Assembly (NCBI GenBank): GCA_018819405.1
Contig: JAHJQF010000001.1
Location: 98,097-162,096, forward strand
Origin: Patescibacteria group bacterium
Lineage (GTDB): Bacteria; Patescibacteriota; Patescibacteriia; UBA1558; GWA2-36-10
Reading direction: 5' to 3'
Length of the DNA: 64,000 bases
The notes below the pieces were generated by a model that was not told where the DNA came from, did no database searches, and worked only from the letters and a program-made list of their open reading frames with translations. Numbering within the stretch: position 1 is the first letter of the stretch; the number at the start of each line of letters is the position of its first letter. The position numbers were made by a program, and so were the translations under genes. Of the stretch, positions 28,897 through 38,425 are shown piece by piece.

Positions 28897-30705
28897 ATGA
28901 AAAATATTTTAAAAAATTTTCTCATCTTCTTTTTGATATTTGTAGCTATCGCCAGTGTCTTTACTTTTTTTGATAATAAATCAAAGCAAGTAGAAGAAGT
29001 GAGCATTGCCACCCTGGTGCAAGAAATAAACCAAGAACAGGTCAAAAGCATTACTGTCAAAGGCACTCAGCTTGATATAATATTAAAAGATGAGACACAA
29101 CAAAGCAGTAAAAAAGAAATAAATGAGTCTCTATCCGAGCTCCTAAAAAACTACGATGTCAGCACTGAAAAAATGTCAGCCGTGGACATAAAAGTAGCTG
29201 AAGATAGCAACTCCGGATTTTTTCTAACCACTATACTACCCTTTATAATCCCAGCTTTATTTATCATCGGCCTTCTCTGGTTTATGATGAGACAAGTCCA
29301 AGGAGTAAACTCCCGAGCTATGACCTTTGGCCAATCAGGCGCTAAACTGGCTGACCAACAAAAACAAAAAATAACCTTTAAGGATGTAGCTGGAGCTAAA
29401 GAAGCTAAAGAAGATTTAACTGAAATTGTAGATTTTTTGAAACACCCACAAAAATTTATTGCCATAGGCGCCAAAATTCCAAAAGGCGTACTGCTATTAG
29501 GCTCCCCTGGAACTGGTAAAACTCTGATGGCCAGAGCAGTATCTGGTGAAGCTAGAGTACCATTTTTCCATATTTCCGGTTCTGAGTTTGTAGAAATGTT
29601 TGTCGGAGTCGGTGCTAGCCGTGTTCGTGATCTATTCAAAAAAGCTAAAAAGGCTTCTCCTTGTATAGTTTTTATTGATGAGATAGATGCTGTCGGACGC
29701 CAACGTGGTGCTGGTCTAGGCGGAAGCCATGATGAAAGGGAACAGACTCTCAATCAAATCCTGGTAGAGATGGATGGTTTTGACAATCAGACCAATGTAA
29801 TAGTGCTAGCAGCCACCAACCGACCTGATGTACTTGACCCAGCATTGCTGCGTCCAGGACGTTTTGACAGACAAGTAGTAATTGACTTACCTGATATAAA
29901 AGACCGAGAGGCAATACTTAAAATACATGCCCAGAAAAAACCATTTGATAAAGATGTAGACTTACGACTTGTTGCCCAAAGGACTCCTGGATTTTCCGGA
30001 GCTGATTTAGCCAATGTGTTAAATGAAGCTGCTATTGCTGCTGCCCGCAACAACCAAAAAACAATAGACGGTAAGACAGTGCTTGATTCTATTGAAAGAG
30101 TGATGTTGGGTCGAGAAAGAAAAAGTCATATCTTATCTGATAAAGAAAAGAAGATCACCGCCTATCATGAGGCTGGCCACGCCCTAGCCGGACATCTATT
30201 GCCACATGCCGACGGAGTACATAAAGTATCTATCATATCCAGAGGAAGAGCCGCTGGCTATACTCTCAATCTGCCAAAAGAAGACCGTATGCTAAAAAGC
30301 TATTCTGAATTTATAGACAATATGGCTGTACTCCTAGGAGGCTATGCCGCTGAAAAAATATTTTTTGGCGAATTGACCACTGGGGCTTCCAATGATTTGA
30401 AAAAAGTTACTGAAGTGGCTCAACGAATGGTTACTGAATTTGGTATGAATGAAAAGATGGGTCCTCGTACTTTTGGAGAAAGAGAAGAATTAGTATTTCT
30501 AGGAAAAGAAATACATGAAAGAAGAGACTATAGTGAGAGAACAGCTGAGATGATAGATGAAGAGGTTTCCAAATATGTTGGACAAGCTCTAAAGACTGTC
30601 ACTGATCTGATAAAAACTAATAAAGATAAAATGGAAAAAATAGTTAAAGAACTTATAGAAAAAGAAACCATAGAAAAGCATACCTTTGAAGAGCTAATGG
30701 CTTAA
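28897..30705 (+). CDS. ftsH: ATP-dependent zinc metalloprotease FtsH
   Basis: Two TM helices, [28 protein letters not shown]. Confidence 0.97.
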   Translation: MKNILKNFLIFFLIFVAIASVFTFFDNKSKQVEEVSIATLVQEINQEQVKSITVKGTQLDIILKDETQQSSKKEINESLSELLKNYDVSTEKMSAVDIKVAEDSNSGFFLTTILPFIIPALFIIGLLWFMMRQVQGVNSRAMTFGQSGAKLADQQKQKITFKDVAGAKEAKEDLTEIVDFLKHPQKFIAIGAKIPKGVLLLGSPGTGKTLMARAVSGEARVPFFHISGSEFVEMFVGVGASRVRDLFKKAKKASPCIVFIDEIDAVGRQRGAGLGGSHDEREQTLNQILVEMDGFDNQTNVIVLAATNRPDVLDPALLRPGRFDRQVVIDLPDIKDREAILKIHAQKKPFDKDVDLRLVAQRTPGFSGADLANVLNEAAIAAARNNQKTIDGKTVLDSIERVMLGRERKSHILSDKEKKITAYHEAGHALAGHLLPHADGVHKVSIISRGRAAGYTLNLPKEDRMLKSYSEFIDNMAVLLGGYAAEKIFFGELTTGASNDLKKVTEVAQRMVTEFGMNEKMGPRTFGEREELVFLGKEIHERRDYSERTAEMIDEEVSKYVGQALKTVTDLIKTNKDKMEKIVKELIEKETIEKHTFEELMA

Positions 30706-30715
30706 ATAAAATTTT

Positions 30716-30741
30716 AGCCTCCCGCCTAACGGGAGGCTTTT
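30716..30741 (+). terminator. Intrinsic terminator after ftsH
   Basis: AGCCTCCCG-CCTAA-CGGGAGGCT followed by T-run. Confidence 0.8.
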
Positions 30742-30811
30742 ATTTTCTGCTAAAATATTGTATAATAAAATCGTCAAATAAAAATATAAAAACAAATTAA
30801 AATAAAAAAAT

Positions 30812-31771
30812 ATGTTCTATCGAAAAGTCTACAAAAATGCCTGGCAAGCAATACACAATAATATGTCCGTAATATTCTTCGGGATATTTGCATCTCTGTT
30901 AGGCTTTCATGAAGTAAAAATTTTATTTAATCTGACCGGCACTACTCCCGATTTCTTGGGTACCAGTATAGAATCCTGGCTCAAAATACTTTTGACTTTT
31001 GCCACCGCCAAAGTTGGTCTTAGTGACCTACCCAACCTGATGACTCTGGTTGGATTTTTTGTTGTGTTTGCTATTGCCACTATACTGGCCATTTCCTCAC
31101 AAGGAGCCTTAATTAAAGCTGCTGGGGAAAAGAAAAAAACTAGCTCAATGATAGAAAGATTAAGAGTTGGCGTAGAAAAATTCTGGCCCCTCTTAGGATT
31201 GAACGTAATAAATACCCTGCTAGGCTACTTCTTTATAGCTCTAGTGATTGAGCCACTTATTTACTTCTTATCAAACAGCCAAGATTGGTCTATTTATATT
31301 ATATTGGGAATTGTCACTTTCTTTGTACTGATACCTATGATTATCATTCTTTCTTTTGTGACTAGATATGGAGCGGCCTATGTTGTCTTAAAAAATCAAA
31401 ATTTTTCTGAAGCCTTTCTAAACAGCTGGGTTTTATTTAAGGCCAATTGGGTAATCACTATTGAAAATGCCCTTCTATTACTATTTATCACTGTGCTTTT
31501 CTTTGTATTAATGTTTACAGCTTTGGTATTTGTATTTGTGCCATTTATGATACTAGCCATGTTTATGTCATTTAGTGTATTAGCCTTCTGGATTATAATG
31601 GTAATTGGAGTATTTTTGGCAATATTTGTCTTTATATTTGGCACGGCCTATTATGGAGCCTTATATAATATGGTCTGGACTTATATTTTTTTGGAGCTAG
31701 TCTCCCCCGGCAAAAGTCAGAGTAAAGTACATAGACTAGCCCATAAACACCTACCTAGGTTAGCAAAATAA
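30812..31771 (+). CDS. Polytopic membrane protein of unknown function
   Basis: 319 aa with several TM segments. Confidence 0.7.
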   Translation: MFYRKVYKNAWQAIHNNMSVIFFGIFASLLGFHEVKILFNLTGTTPDFLGTSIESWLKILLTFATAKVGLSDLPNLMTLVGFFVVFAIATILAISSQGALIKAAGEKKKTSSMIERLRVGVEKFWPLLGLNVINTLLGYFFIALVIEPLIYFLSNSQDWSIYIILGIVTFFVLIPMIIILSFVTRYGAAYVVLKNQNFSEAFLNSWVLFKANWVITIENALLLLFITVLFFVLMFTALVFVFVPFMILAMFMSFSVLAFWIIMVIGVFLAIFVFIFGTAYYGALYNMVWTYIFLELVSPGKSQSKVHRLAHKHLPRLAK

Positions 31772-31901
31772 AAATATTTTAAAACACTAAAAAACCATTC
31801 CCAACAAAAACTTAGAATGGTTTTTTGTTAGCTAAAACAAATTGACTTATATTCTTTTAATAAAGTATAATATCTATACATAACTAAGATCTAAAATTTA
31901 T

Positions 31902-33635
31902 ATGGCAGACCAATCTGGCCTCGCAGCTATATCTGGTGATGAGAAAACAAGAAAGCTGCAAAGCAAACTATCAGAGCTAGAATTAAGAGAAAAAGAAAAG
32001 CGTATCCAGGAACAAGCTGATAAAATCGGCGTGTCTTATATTAATTTGGACAAATTCCCTATTTCACAAGAAGCTATCAAAATAATCTCAAGAGAACAAT
32101 CTGAGTCTTTGGAAACTGTCTGTTTTTTATACACTGGTAATGAAATGAGACTGGGCTCTCTCAATCCCACTAATCCTCAAGTGGCCAATTTAAAAAAAGA
32201 ATTATCAGAGATATACCACACCCAAATAAAGGTATATCTAATATCAGAAAATAGTTTTCAAAAAGCCACTCAAATATATAACAAAATCCCCCAGATAATC
32301 CAAATGGAAGGGGTTACTATTACTTCCGAGGACTTGGAAAAATACCAAAAACAGCTCACCAATTTTGAAGATCTCAATAAACTAATCCAAGAAACCCAGC
32401 TGACTGAAACTCTAAATATCGTCATATCAGCCGGCCTTACTTTTGGCGCATCTGATATCCATATTGAAGCCGAAGAAAAAGATGTAAAAATCCGATTGCG
32501 TATGGATGGCGTACTTCATGACGTGGCTTCCCTACCCCGTGATACCTGGGACAAAATAAACTCTCGTATAAAATTATTGTCTGGATTAAAATTAAACTTG
32601 AACAATAAACCACAAGACGGACGTTTTACTATACATTCGGACAAAGAAAAAATAGACGTCAGGGTATCCTCTATTCCAACGGCTTATGGTGAAAGTATTG
32701 TCATGAGGCTACTCAAAGCTTCCGTCGTTGGCTTACAATTTGATAGCCTTGGTCTACGTGGCAAATCATATAACGATCTAAAAAATGAAATGGGTAAGCC
32801 AAACGGCATGATCATTTCTACTGGTCCTACTGGTAGCGGTAAAACCACTACTTTATATGCCATTCTCAATCAACTAAACAACCCACAAACAAAAATAATT
32901 ACTCTAGAAGATCCAATAGAATATAAGTTGCCTGGTATTGTCCAAAGTCAGGTTGAAAATATTGATTCAAGTCAAGAAGAATTAGACGAAGGAACCACCA
33001 GAAGAAATATCCATTACACTTTTGCCCGTGGTTTGAGAGCTATACTTAGACAAGACCCAGATATAGTAATGGTTGGTGAAATTAGAGATTTAGAAACCGC
33101 TGACACGGCTATCAATGCCGCTCTTACCGGACATTTGATGCTTTCTACACTACACACCAACTCAGCGGCTGGCACTATACCACGTCTACTGGCTATGGGC
33201 GTAAAGCCATTTCTATTGGCTCCAGCTTTGAACGCCATAATTGGTCAAAGATTGGTTCGCAAGTTGTGCCAATACTGTAAAGAGGAGGACCAAGAAATCG
33301 ACAATGCAACTATGACTGTTATTTTAAACGCCTTAAATGAAATCAGCCCTGAGTCAGGTCACAAACCAAGCGATTTAAATAACCTGAAATTTTATACTTC
33401 CAAAGGCTGTGAAAAATGTCAGAATATCGGCTATAAAGGCCGAATCGGAATTTATGAGGTATTTTTGATGTCCCCTGAAATAGAAAAAATAATTTTATCG
33501 GACAATACTTCAGAATATGAGCTAGAAAAAATAGCCATCAATAATGGAATGATAAGTATGCTCCAAGATGGCCTGCTCAAAGCTTTAGAAGGCATAACTT
33601 CAATCTCTGAAATATTTGATAAAGTAAAAGACTAA
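31902..33635 (+). CDS. GspE/PilB-family type IV pilus assembly ATPase
   Basis: ASDIHIE, PQDGRF, TGPTGSGKTT, EDPIEY, LRQDPD, STLHTN, CxxC pairs. Confidence 0.93.
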   Translation: MADQSGLAAISGDEKTRKLQSKLSELELREKEKRIQEQADKIGVSYINLDKFPISQEAIKIISREQSESLETVCFLYTGNEMRLGSLNPTNPQVANLKKELSEIYHTQIKVYLISENSFQKATQIYNKIPQIIQMEGVTITSEDLEKYQKQLTNFEDLNKLIQETQLTETLNIVISAGLTFGASDIHIEAEEKDVKIRLRMDGVLHDVASLPRDTWDKINSRIKLLSGLKLNLNNKPQDGRFTIHSDKEKIDVRVSSIPTAYGESIVMRLLKASVVGLQFDSLGLRGKSYNDLKNEMGKPNGMIISTGPTGSGKTTTLYAILNQLNNPQTKIITLEDPIEYKLPGIVQSQVENIDSSQEELDEGTTRRNIHYTFARGLRAILRQDPDIVMVGEIRDLETADTAINAALTGHLMLSTLHTNSAAGTIPRLLAMGVKPFLLAPALNAIIGQRLVRKLCQYCKEEDQEIDNATMTVILNALNEISPESGHKPSDLNNLKFYTSKGCEKCQNIGYKGRIGIYEVFLMSPEIEKIILSDNTSEYELEKIAINNGMISMLQDGLLKALEGITSISEIFDKVKD

Positions 33636-33637
33636 AA

Positions 33638-33673
33638 AATCCCGCCCCTCGACTTTGCTCGGGGCGGGATTTT
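33638..33673. terminator. Bidirectional terminator between the pilus ATPase gene and valS
   Basis: AATCCCGCCCC...GGGGCGGGATT flanked by A/T runs. Confidence 0.75.
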
Positions 33674-33677
33674 AAAA

Positions 33678-36530
33678 CTATTTTAATTTGTTTTTGGCTT
33701 CTTGAAGCCGTTTTTTTGTTTCCTCAATCACATCAACTGGAGCATTTTTTACAAAACTTTCATTTTGAAGTTTTGCTTCCATCCCACCAATATACTTTTG
33801 TAAATCTTTTCTTTCTTTATCGGTCATTTCTTTGGATAGGTCAATATATACTATACTGCTGTTTATATACTTTGCCTCCACATCCAATCTATGATCTGAC
33901 AATGTAACTCGAGCCATCTGAGAGGCCAAAATTAAATAATCATCGTCTAAAATTTTGCTCTCAATATAACAATCTGGAAAATCAGTCGGTGCTATTTTGT
34001 TTTCGGCCTTCAAATTCCTAATGGCTACTACCAGCTCCTGAAGCTCAGCAAAATCCGATATAATATTATCATCAAATTTTACTGTCTCTGGCCATTTTTT
34101 AATCATCAGTAGCTCAGCCTGACCAAATTCCTGCCAAATTTTTTCTGTTACAAATGGCGTAAAAGGATGAGATAAAATAAGAAGTTTTTCTAAAATATAA
34201 AGTAAAATATCATCTTTCTCTTTTTCTATTTTGGATATCTCCAAATACCAGTCAGCTAATTTGTTCCAAGAAAAATCATAAATTTTTTCACCAGCTGCCG
34301 ATATTCTAAAATTGTCCATATCATCACTTACTTGACCGATTAGCTTATTTAACTCCGCTAAGATCCAACGGTCGGCCAATGTCTTGACTGGTGGTTGTTT
34401 GACAACCGGTCTTATATCTTCTACAAAATTAAATATAAATCTGGATATATTCCAAAGTTTGTTTACAAAATTTCTGTAGCCGGCAATTTTTTCTTCATAA
34501 ATACGCAAATCAGCTCCCGGAGAAGAGCCGATTATCAAAGATAGACGCAAAGCATCTGTGCCAAACTTCTCTATCATTTCCAAAGGATCAATACCATTAC
34601 CTAGTGACTTGGACATTTTTTGACCCTCTTTATCTCTGATAAGGCCGTGGAGATAAACTGTATCAAATGGTTTATCTTTTAAAATATACTGACTCATCAA
34701 TATCATCCTGGCCACCCAAAAAAATATAATATCATAACCCGTTTCCAGGACAGAAGTAGGATGAAATAAATCTAAGTCTGCTTTTTGACTATATATAAAT
34801 TCATAGCACCATAAGTCTGTATCGTCGGTGATATCTTTATCAGGATAATACTTTTTGAACACGTCTTTAAAATCATCGGTATTATTATATTTTTCATGAC
34901 CCGCCTGCTTTAAATCCAAATCTTTAAATTTTATAATCTTTACATCAATAATCCTAGCATAACCAAAATTTTCTTTGCTCTGAGAATTTTCCAAAATTAC
35001 TGTCTCGCCTTTGGAAAAACCTTTATCAGACAATCTATAAGTTTTTTTCTTTTCTCCGCTTTTTATAATAGCTATTAAGTCTTTATCAAAAGACAATTTT
35101 TTATCTAATGGCCAGCCTAGGGTTGAAAAAGTCCAGAGCGATGAAGAAAACCAAGTATCCAAAGTAGCTTCATCTTGAATTATTTTTTTTCCTTTGGCTT
35201 TGACTTTAGCTTCTGCTTCATTGTGGGCTACTATGATATCGCCTTCTTCGTCATACCAAACAGGTATTCTGTGACCCCACCATATTTGACGTGAGATGCA
35301 CCAGTCGTGCAAATTTTCCATCCAATGAAAATATATTTTAGAAAAACGCTCCGGTAATATTTTTATTTCGCCACTTGATACTGCTTCTGTAGCCAACTCT
35401 TTTAGACTTTTGCCTCTACCAGGTATTTTTTTATCAACTGCCACAAACCACTGCTCTGATGTAAGCGGTTCAATTGGAGTGTCACAACGGTAACATATAG
35501 ATAAATTATTTTTAAAATCTTCTATCTTATCAATTTGACCGGCCTTCTCTAAATCTTTGACAAAAGCTTGTCTGGCCGCTAGGACTGTCAGGCCTTTATA
35601 CTTGCCGCCGCTTTCCAATATCTTACCCTGTTCATCAATCAGCTTGATAATTTCCAAACTATGGCTTTTGGCAAAATCATAATCAATAGCACTGTGAGCC
35701 GGAGTAACACCAATTACACCAGAACCAAAATCTTTATCAACTGTCAAATCAGCAAAAACTTTTACTTTTATTTTGTGTCCTGCCAAATCTACTTCTAAAG
35801 TCTGGCCAGTATATTCTTTATACCTTTTGTCATCAGGATGAACAGCTACTCCGGTATCAGCCAGCTTGGTCTCTGGTCTAGTAGTGGCTACTATAAAAGG
35901 GCCATATTTTATATAATACAATTTAGCCATCTGCTCTTTGTATTCTACTTCATCATCAGCCAAAGTAGAGGCACATCTTGGGCACCAATTTACAATCCTA
36001 TGGCCACGGTATATCAAAGAGTCTTCATACATTCTAATAAAAGCTTCGCTGACAGCGTAGGATAAACCATCATCGTATGTATATCTTTCTCTTGACCAAT
36101 CACAACTAGAGCCCATCTTCCTAGTCTGATGTCTGATAGTGCCTTGTGAATTCGCTACATAATCTTTTACTCTTTGCAAAAAAACTTCCCGACCCAAGGT
36201 CTGTCTATCTGCGCCCTCTTTAGCCAATATTTTTTCTACTTTAGTCTGGGTTGCAATAGCTGCGTGATCCGTACCAGGTAACCATAGAACTTTTTTACCT
36301 TTTAACCTGTTGTACCTAACCATCAAATCTTCATAAGCCAAAGCAGAGGCGTGCCCTAGGTGCAACACACCAGTAGCATTTGGTGGTGGCATAGCAATAC
36401 TAAAATATTCTTTGCTTTCTTTTAAATTGTCAGGATTAAAAAAACCCGATTCTTCCCAAATTTTATAAATATCATCCTCATATAAACCAGGCTCATATGC
36501 CTTAGCTAATTCTTCTAATTTTTTGGCCAT
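33678..36530 (-). CDS. valS: Valine--tRNA ligase with inserted ASCH-like domain
   Basis: PPPNATGVLHLGH, DWCISRQIWWGHRIP, DTWFSS, KMSKS; ~105-aa insert after TLGWP. Confidence 0.96.
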   Translation of the reverse strand: MAKKLEELAKAYEPGLYEDDIYKIWEESGFFNPDNLKESKEYFSIAMPPPNATGVLHLGHASALAYEDLMVRYNRLKGKKVLWLPGTDHAAIATQTKVEKILAKEGADRQTLGREVFLQRVKDYVANSQGTIRHQTRKMGSSCDWSRERYTYDDGLSYAVSEAFIRMYEDSLIYRGHRIVNWCPRCASTLADDEVEYKEQMAKLYYIKYGPFIVATTRPETKLADTGVAVHPDDKRYKEYTGQTLEVDLAGHKIKVKVFADLTVDKDFGSGVIGVTPAHSAIDYDFAKSHSLEIIKLIDEQGKILESGGKYKGLTVLAARQAFVKDLEKAGQIDKIEDFKNNLSICYRCDTPIEPLTSEQWFVAVDKKIPGRGKSLKELATEAVSSGEIKILPERFSKIYFHWMENLHDWCISRQIWWGHRIPVWYDEEGDIIVAHNEAEAKVKAKGKKIIQDEATLDTWFSSSLWTFSTLGWPLDKKLSFDKDLIAIIKSGEKKKTYRLSDKGFSKGETVILENSQSKENFGYARIIDVKIIKFKDLDLKQAGHEKYNNTDDFKDVFKKYYPDKDITDDTDLWCYEFIYSQKADLDLFHPTSVLETGYDIIFFWVARMILMSQYILKDKPFDTVYLHGLIRDKEGQKMSKSLGNGIDPLEMIEKFGTDALRLSLIIGSSPGADLRIYEEKIAGYRNFVNKLWNISRFIFNFVEDIRPVVKQPPVKTLADRWILAELNKLIGQVSDDMDNFRISAAGEKIYDFSWNKLADWYLEISKIEKEKDDILLYILEKLLILSHPFTPFVTEKIWQEFGQAELLMIKKWPETVKFDDNIISDFAELQELVVAIRNLKAENKIAPTDFPDCYIESKILDDDYLILASQMARVTLSDHRLDVEAKYINSSIVYIDLSKEMTDKERKDLQKYIGGMEAKLQNESFVKNAPVDVIEETKKRLQEAKNKLK

Positions 36531-37006
36531 AATATTGTTATCTTTCTTTTGTCACCTTCTAATAATTTTATATCTACTCTTATAGTTCTTTCTGGTAAAT
36601 TTACAATTTTGTCCGCCCATTCAATAGCTACTATTATATTATCATAGTTTAGATAATCGCCTAAACCTATATCATAAAGATCATCTTGACCTCGCAAACG
36701 ATAGCAATCAACATGAACAAACTTATCAGCTTTTTTATGCTTTACCCCGTTAAATTGCGGCTCAGCTGCACCTCGCATGTGCGAGGATTTAACGGAGTGA
36801 ATATCATAAACTTTCATCAAAACAAAAGTCGGACTGGTAATCTGCTCTTTTATCTTGAGCGCTTTGGCTAGTGCTTTTACAAATACCGTCTTACCGGCTC
36901 CCAGATTACCGCTCAAAGCTATCAGCTCCCCGCCTTCTAATCTATCGGCCAAATCATTAGCTATTTGAGCCGTTTCTTTTTGGTTATTTGATATGTATTC
37001 TTTCAC
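36515..37006 (-). CDS. tsaE: t6A biosynthesis ATPase TsaE with ~20-aa palindromic in-frame insert
   Basis: GNLGAGKT, SPTF, HVDCYRL, IEWA; GTG start. Confidence 0.93.
   Translation of the reverse strand: MKEYISNNQKETAQIANDLADRLEGGELIALSGNLGAGKTVFVKALAKALKIKEQITSPTFVLMKVYDIHSVKSSHMRGAAEPQFNGVKHKKADKFVHVDCYRLRGQDDLYDIGLGDYLNYDNIIVAIEWADKIVNLPERTIRVDIKLLEGDKRKITILWPKN
36741..36801. repeat. ACCCCGTTA-family element, copy 4 (inside tsaE CDS)
   Basis: TTTACCCCGTTAAAT...ATTTAACGGAGTGAA with internal hairpins TGCGGC/GCTGCA and CCTCGCA/TGCGAGG. Confidence 0.8.
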
Positions 37007-37078
37007 CCCGTTAGAAATTAATGATTAAATTTTATTTTCCCCGTTCATATATAAGCCTTATAATTTTTAACGGGGTTT
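37003..37078. repeat. ACCCCGTTA-family element, copy 5 (overlaps tsaE start codon)
   Basis: ACCCCGTTAGAAATTA (37005-37020)/TAATTTTTAACGGGGT (37061-37076), one mismatch. Confidence 0.78.
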
Positions 37079-37088
37079 ATTTTATTTA

Positions 37089-38141
37089 TTATATTTTATT
37101 TTTGGTAAGTTGCCAATTAGACTGGGGACCAAGACTAAATACCTTTTTAGCTGGCAAGATATCCTTTTTCTTGTCTTTTATATTATAATAAGCGGCAACG
37201 GCTATCATAGCGGCATTATCTCCAGTAAACTTCAGCTCTGGATAAAAAAACGGTAAGTCTATTTCTTTGGCTCTACTGGCCAAAGATGCTTTTAAAAAAC
37301 TATTAGCTGACACCCCTCCCGCTAGTAGTAAAGATTTGACTTTATATTTTTTTACAGCCTTAAAAGTCTTGGTAGTTAAAACATCGGTAACCGCTGTTTG
37401 AAACGAAGCACAAACATCTTTGACATCCTGCTGGTTCAATTTTTTCTTTTTTTCCAAAGCATATAATACTGCCGTCTTGAGACCAGCAAAAGAAAAATCA
37501 AAATTTTTCTTGTCCATCATTGGTCTGGGAAAATCATATTTTTGACCGTCTCCTGACTCAGCCAATCGACTGACAATCGGCCCACCCGGATATCCCAGAT
37601 TCAAAAGCTTGGCGACTTTATCGTAAGCTTCACCAACTGCGTCATCTAAAGTTTGACCAAGTAAAAAATACTGCCCATGCCCTTTCATCAACACCAGCTC
37701 AGTATGTCCACCCGATACTATAAGTACGAGAGCTGGGAAATATTTCTTTGGATTTTTTACTAACTCACTATTGGAAAGCCAATTGGAATAAATATGGCCT
37801 TCCATATGATTGATTGGCATGAGCGGTTTATTATTAGCATAAGCTAATGTTTTAGCCGCGCTAATTCCTAAAATTAAAGAAGTAATAAGACCCGGTCCAG
37901 CAGTAACAGCTAGATAATCTATACCCGCTAATTTGTTTTTACCGGTTATTTCTTCTAGCAAAGGTATAATGGTCTCGGCATGTTTTCTAGCAGCTACTTC
38001 CGGCACCACCCCACCATATTTTGTGTGTATATCAACTTGAGAATAAACAATATTTTTTTCTAAAACCAAAAAAGATCCGCTGCCTTTTATCACGGCTACA
38101 GCTGTCTCATCGCAAGATGTTTCAATTGCTAAAATTTTCAT
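37089..38141 (-). CDS. tsaD: tRNA N6-adenosine threonylcarbamoyltransferase
   Basis: IETSCDET, GGVVPEVAARKH, NHMEGH, VSGGHT, DDAVGEAYDK, DNAAMI. Confidence 0.97.
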   Translation of the reverse strand: MKILAIETSCDETAVAVIKGSGSFLVLEKNIVYSQVDIHTKYGGVVPEVAARKHAETIIPLLEEITGKNKLAGIDYLAVTAGPGLITSLILGISAAKTLAYANNKPLMPINHMEGHIYSNWLSNSELVKNPKKYFPALVLIVSGGHTELVLMKGHGQYFLLGQTLDDAVGEAYDKVAKLLNLGYPGGPIVSRLAESGDGQKYDFPRPMMDKKNFDFSFAGLKTAVLYALEKKKKLNQQDVKDVCASFQTAVTDVLTTKTFKAVKKYKVKSLLLAGGVSANSFLKASLASRAKEIDLPFFYPELKFTGDNAAMIAVAAYYNIKDKKKDILPAKKVFSLGPQSNWQLTKNKI

Positions 38142-38425
38142 CCACTTGGAAATTTAAGCTAATTAATAATAATAAAATTATCTTAATATCTATTATATTA
38201 TACATTATAGCAGACTTGACCTTTACTATAAACTAATTAGATATCAAGCTAATTTAAGATAAAAAATGCTTTGTGTCAATATTGACCAATAAAAATAAAA
38301 ATGTAAAAATAAAGCTAATGAGCTGTGTACATTGACAAGCTCAAGATATAATTCTAGCGAGGGGTAAAACTCCTCTTTTGTTTATTTGAAAAAGCCAAAA
38401 AACCCTTTCACGAAGGAGGACTACA

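Noticed and set aside
32955-33015. Short acidic insertion in the PilB/GspE ATPase
   Set aside because: No palindrome or repeat signature; likely ordinary loop variation
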